Shown here: positions 60,100 through 64,000 of the stretch, piece after piece
How positions within the stretch are numbered: position 1 is the first letter of the stretch
How the letters are laid out: every line of letters begins with the position of its first letter
Source of the DNA: Candidatus Omnitrophota bacterium
GTDB taxonomy: Bacteria; Omnitrophota; Gorgyraeia; B26-G9; JBDRCZ01
Length of the DNA: 64,000 nucleotides
Assembly (NCBI GenBank): GCA_043821285.1
Contig: JBDRCZ010000051.1
Coordinates: 2,199-66,198, forward strand
Direction: 5' to 3'
The notes under the pieces: model-generated
Told to the model about the DNA's origin: nothing
The model's database searches: none
Seen by the model: the letters and a program-made list of their open reading frames with translations, nothing else
Made by a program: the position numbers and the translations under genes

Positions 60100-61155
60100 A
60101 TGGCTTTTATTGATGAATTAAAGGCACAGATTGAGCAGTTGAAGAGTGAAAAAAAAGAATACGAACAGTATGTGGAGAGGCAATTGACGCATATGATCGG
60201 GGTAATCTCCCAGATTGCCCTGGGTGATTATAACGTGCGCGCGCAGTATGAAAAGGAAGATGATTTTGCCGCATTGGTTATGGGGATAAATATGATGATT
60301 GATGAGATAAATAAAAAGGTGCGGGAGGAGCATACCCTTGCGGCAATTGCCACCGAAGCTGCCGAGGCAGAACGGGCAAAGGCGGAAGAGTTGCAAATGA
60401 CCTATGAGGAATTAAATAAGACTCAGGCACAATTAATTCATGGAGAGAAACTTTCTGCTCTCGGACAGATGGTTGCGGGAATCGCGCATGAACTACATAA
60501 TCCCCTGACAGTTATTTCCTGCGAGGCACAGATGTTGTTAAAGGAGGATCACCGTAAAGATGCAGAAAAGATTACAAAAATTATCCTCGAACAAACAGAA
60601 AGAATTAAAGCAATAATTGAGACACTGTTAGAATTTTCCCGCGTGCGGCCGGCGCAATATGCACCCTTAGACGTAAATAATGTAGTGGAAAAATCTATTT
60701 CCCTGCTGATGTATCAGGCGGAGATTGAAGGCAAAGAGATCATAACAGAACTGAATGCTGGTCTTCCAACAATACTCGCGGATAATACCCAGCTGCAACA
60801 GGTATTTTTGAATATAATGTTGAATGCCGTGCAGGCAATGGAACGCGGGGGAAAAATAACCGTACAAACCCGCAAAGAAAATGTGCCAGAAGATAAAAAA
60901 GAAGATGTAGAAAAATTTACCCCGGGGCGAGAACTTGCGGTGGTGGCAATTGAAGATACCGGCAAAGGCATGGATGCCGGAACCAGAGAAAAGGTATTTA
61001 TGCCGTTTTTTTCGACCAAAGAACAGGGTACCGGGCTGGGACTGGCGATTTGCCAGAAGATTGTCGAAGAGCATAAAGGAGTTATTGAGATCGATAGCAG
61101 ATTGGACGCGGGCACACGATTTATTATTAAATTACCGGCGATAAGCAGGAGATAA
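60100..61155 (+). CDS. Cytoplasmic sensor histidine kinase
   Basis: HAMP-like segment, then HisKA H-box HELHNPLT, then HATPase_c N/G1/G2 boxes. ATG at 60100 with a GAGGAG RBS. Confidence 0.85.
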   Translation: MAFIDELKAQIEQLKSEKKEYEQYVERQLTHMIGVISQIALGDYNVRAQYEKEDDFAALVMGINMMIDEINKKVREEHTLAAIATEAAEAERAKAEELQMTYEELNKTQAQLIHGEKLSALGQMVAGIAHELHNPLTVISCEAQMLLKEDHRKDAEKITKIILEQTERIKAIIETLLEFSRVRPAQYAPLDVNNVVEKSISLLMYQAEIEGKEIITELNAGLPTILADNTQLQQVFLNIMLNAVQAMERGGKITVQTRKENVPEDKKEDVEKFTPGRELAVVAIEDTGKGMDAGTREKVFMPFFSTKEQGTGLGLAICQKIVEEHKGVIEIDSRLDAGTRFIIKLPAISRR

Positions 61156-61156
61156 G

Positions 61157-61774
61157 ATGCGAGATATTTTTAATGAACGCATTAATAAAAATAAACAAAA
61201 AGCTATCTCGATATTGGAAATACTGATCATATTGGCAATCGTGGCGGTTATGCTGGGAGCAATGGTTCCGATAATGACATCTTTTACTGAACAAAGACAA
61301 TTAGAAACCGCAGCAGTTACTTTGCTCGGAGACCTAAGACAGACTTATCAGTTTTCCCGTACACAACGAGATGGTTATAAATATTATGGACTTCGCTTTT
61401 ATAACAATCTGGGGGAAGGTGGAGACCGTTTTGGGTACAAGATAATCCGCTATGAACCCCCAGACGGCACTCCTCCGCAGGATTATATGCCGCCGGTAAC
61501 GCTTGCGAATTTTAGCGTGATAAAAGGTCCTGATCCCGTGGATAATCATGAGCTTTTGGAAAATACATTTTTTGGGCCAAGAGTGGTTATTGATGCGAGT
61601 AGTGAGTTTCATGTTGGCGTTGTGGAAGATATTATCTTTACCCCGGAAGGCGCAGCAACGTATGATGGATTAAAGTTGCTTACCCCCAGCAACGACGAGA
61701 TTGTCCTTTCGGTAAATGGGAATACGAAAACAATAACCATACAACCATTAACCGGAAATATTAGAATACAGTAG
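61157..61774 (+). CDS. Pseudopilin / minor pilin-like protein
   Basis: Prepilin-type N-terminus ...KAISILEILIILAIVAV. Confidence 0.6.
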   Translation: MRDIFNERINKNKQKAISILEILIILAIVAVMLGAMVPIMTSFTEQRQLETAAVTLLGDLRQTYQFSRTQRDGYKYYGLRFYNNLGEGGDRFGYKIIRYEPPDGTPPQDYMPPVTLANFSVIKGPDPVDNHELLENTFFGPRVVIDASSEFHVGVVEDIIFTPEGAATYDGLKLLTPSNDEIVLSVNGNTKTITIQPLTGNIRIQ

Positions 61775-61775
61775 A

Positions 61776-62291
61776 ATGAAATTTAGTAAAGGACTTACAT
61801 TCTTAGAGATTATTATCGCCCTGTCACTGTTTACGATTGCCTTACTTGGCATTTTTCAAATGTTTAATATGGCTTTGAATGCCGGATACCGGGCAACGCA
61901 GGAAACTATTGCCACAAACCTTGCCCGCGGACTGATGAACGAAATAATGAGTAAGAATTTTGAAGACCCCATGGAGCCTGGCACGGATATTGGCCCAAAT
62001 ACCGAAGAAATTACCCGTAGTCACTTTGATGATGTAGATGATTATCATGGATTAACGGAGTCACCTCCGGTCACAGTCGGGGGAGCAGACATGGATGGAA
62101 CCGGGGAGCCCCCTTTACCTGATTATTCAGATTTTACCCGTAACGTTACCGTTGTTTATTGTAACATCGATGGGGCGAATAATATTGTAGTAAGTGGTAG
62201 TCCTACTAATTATAAACAGATCAAAGTGACGGTCAGCGGTCCGTATACCCGGGATATTCTTATAGATGCCGTTAAGGCAAGAGTGCCTTAG
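61776..62291 (+). CDS. Pseudopilin / minor pilin-like protein
   Basis: MKFSKGLTFLEIIIALSLF, i.e. the G-(F/L)-T-(F/L)-(L/I)-E N-terminal methylation motif. Confidence 0.7.
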   Translation: MKFSKGLTFLEIIIALSLFTIALLGIFQMFNMALNAGYRATQETIATNLARGLMNEIMSKNFEDPMEPGTDIGPNTEEITRSHFDDVDDYHGLTESPPVTVGGADMDGTGEPPLPDYSDFTRNVTVVYCNIDGANNIVVSGSPTNYKQIKVTVSGPYTRDILIDAVKARVP

Positions 62292-62322
62292 AGGAAATTT
62301 TTTATTTGAAGGAACAGGTTTT

Positions 62323-63543
62323 ATGTTGTTGATCCCAATATTAGCCTTAGGGATTATTGCCATGGTAATTCTTGCGGCGGTATTATTAAGGAAGAATATT
62401 AATTTAAATAAAAAGTCGCAGGTATTGGAAAAAGAAATTGCCATCCAGAGCGATAAACTAAGTTACCAGAAAAAAACCTACTCGGAAGCAGCAAATTATT
62501 TTTATTCGACCATGGTAATCATTATCGAGATTATCCGGGAAATAGAAAGTGTACTGAGGTCCGAAGAGGGGGATTTGTCCGAGAAGGTGTTGCAGATCAT
62601 TTTTGAAAAGGTAAAGACCATCCTTGATCCTCAAAAATGTGTGCTGTTTACGATAAATAATGCTAACCATACTTCAGCTTGTCTTTATGCGTTTGGCTAT
62701 GATCAAGAGAAATTAGACAGCCTGAATCCTTCCATTGATGCGGACAATAGTTTTTTAGGCTGGACCGCGGTTACCGGCAGGTTTCTTTCCATATCCGATG
62801 CAAAACACGATTCGGTTTTGCGCCACCTAATTGATACTGACCCCATTGGCTGTCATTATGCCCAGCCGTTTAAGGTACAGAATAAAGTCAGAGCGGTTCT
62901 TTGCGTGGGAGAAATTAAGCAAAACATGCAGGATGATTTTATATTACGGCTGTTTTCGATATTATCGAACATTACCGCAATATCATTAAATAATGCCTCA
63001 CTCACGCAGCAATTAAGGGAATTATCCGTAAAAGACGGACTAACCGGAGTGTATAATCATAGTTATTTTCAGAAGTGGCTTAAAAACGCCCTCGCAGAGT
63101 TAAATGGGAAAAATACAACCCTTTCTTTGGCGATGGTCGATTTAGATAATTTTAAAACGATAAATGATACTTATGGACATCAGACGGGAGATCTTATGTT
63201 GCAAGCCGTAACTAGTGCGTTGAATAGTATAAAAACCCCGGATTATATTTGTGCCCGATATGGCGGGGATGAATTTGTTTTAGGGTTTAAGAATAAGGAT
63301 ATTAATCAAACACAGGCAATTATGACCAGGGTTAGAGAAAAAATCGCACAGGAACTATTTTCATTGCAAAATAATGGGATTAGCGTTACCATAAGTATCG
63401 GCGTTGCCGAAGCACGGTTTTCGGAAAATAAAAAAATAAATAAAACAGATCTGATTAAATCAGTAGATCAGGCATTGTATCAGGCAAAGGCTGCCGGGAG
63501 AAATACAGTGGTGATCGCAGATATTAGTTCGTATTGTGTATAA
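62323..63543 (+). CDS. GGDEF-domain diguanylate cyclase with N-terminal TM and GAF-like region
   Basis: GGDEF motif RYGGDEFVL. An inhibitory-site-like RxxD is not obvious. One TM helix near the N-terminus. Confidence 0.8.
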   Translation: MLLIPILALGIIAMVILAAVLLRKNINLNKKSQVLEKEIAIQSDKLSYQKKTYSEAANYFYSTMVIIIEIIREIESVLRSEEGDLSEKVLQIIFEKVKTILDPQKCVLFTINNANHTSACLYAFGYDQEKLDSLNPSIDADNSFLGWTAVTGRFLSISDAKHDSVLRHLIDTDPIGCHYAQPFKVQNKVRAVLCVGEIKQNMQDDFILRLFSILSNITAISLNNASLTQQLRELSVKDGLTGVYNHSYFQKWLKNALAELNGKNTTLSLAMVDLDNFKTINDTYGHQTGDLMLQAVTSALNSIKTPDYICARYGGDEFVLGFKNKDINQTQAIMTRVREKIAQELFSLQNNGISVTISIGVAEARFSENKKINKTDLIKSVDQALYQAKAAGRNTVVIADISSYCV

Positions 63544-63717
63544 GAAAGCAGAAGGCGGAAGACAGACGGCAGAAAAGATGACGAATGACGAAACAAAAAA
63601 CAACAATACATAAAAAATTTCTTACTGTTGCTAAATAGTAACATTTTAGAGCAATACCTCTGTAGTCTTACTACAAAAGTAGTCAAGAAGAGAGAAATTT
63701 TTTTATAAGGAGTAAAC

Positions 63718-64000
63718 ATGGATATTGAAGAATTGATGTCTATGACTAAAGAAAGAGAGGCTTCGGATTTGATCTTGACCGCGGGTAGTCCTCCGATACT
63801 TAGAATAGATAAAAGAATCGTATTTACAAAACTTTCCGCACTTTCTCCCGGACAGATCGATAAGTTGCTTGAGCCGCTCATGGATGAAGATAAAAAGGCG
63901 AGATTTAAAAAATCATCAGAGGTTAGCTTTATTTATTCGATGAGCGGGTGGGGAAGATTTCGGGTAACGGTTTTTAAACAGAGAGGTTCCGCGGCAATTG
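63718..64000 (+). CDS. pilT: Twitching motility ATPase PilT (3'-partial, runs off the window)
   Basis: N-terminal ASDLILTAGSPPILRIDKRI, typical of the PilT N-terminal domain. Confidence 0.75.
   Translation, partial: MDIEELMSMTKEREASDLILTAGSPPILRIDKRIVFTKLSALSPGQIDKLLEPLMDEDKKARFKKSSEVSFIYSMSGWGRFRVTVFKQRGSAAI

Overview
Mostly chromosomal core genome of a low-GC diderm bacterium; the lineage cannot be assigned from this window. A Firmicutes-like conserved block (ispE, spoVG, glmU, prs, rplY/ctc, pth, rpsF, ssb, rpsR, rplI, dnaB) is present but interrupted by an inserted islet. Also present: bamA, skp, the lipid A genes lpxD, an lpxC-fabZ fusion, lpxA and lpxI, then nadE, a type IV pilus/T2SS-like cluster (pilMN fusion, pilO, pilP-like, pilQ, pilB, pilC, two pilins, two pseudopilins, partial pilT), and lpxB on the opposite strand. 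Accessory content: (1) a degraded region at about 6.3-12.4 kb holding an interrupted IS630 transposase, an IS701-like fragment, an AlbA_2/Schlafen-like fragment, a secreted-protein operon, and a 5'-truncated radical-SAM/SPASM gene preceded by a small Cys-rich ORF. (2) A tRNA-Gln-associated islet at about 14.1-17.0 kb with a duplicated tRNA 3' end, a truncated four-helix-bundle gene and a type II R-M pair, inserted between spoVG and glmU. (3) At 44.5-47.4 kb, a ParA-type ATPase fused to a CBM48 glycogen-binding domain, followed by a Walker-A-degenerate MinD/FlhG-like paralog and a small unknown protein; this is the most system-like novelty here. Intergenic DNA is full of modular repeat units with conserved single-stranded boxes and covarying hairpins. 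The clearest family has two or three hairpins each followed by a TCATTTAAAG-type box and sits upstream of ftsH-like, glmU, rplY, rpsR and skp. Other oddities: SpoVG with an inserted 4-Cys zinc ribbon, a 22-aa poly-Lys CxxC peptide with a strong RBS ahead of an ABC-2 transporter, split transketolase halves separated by two genes, and a roughly 930-bp ORF-free region upstream of mipA. All calls rest on motif recognition by eye; no searches were run.
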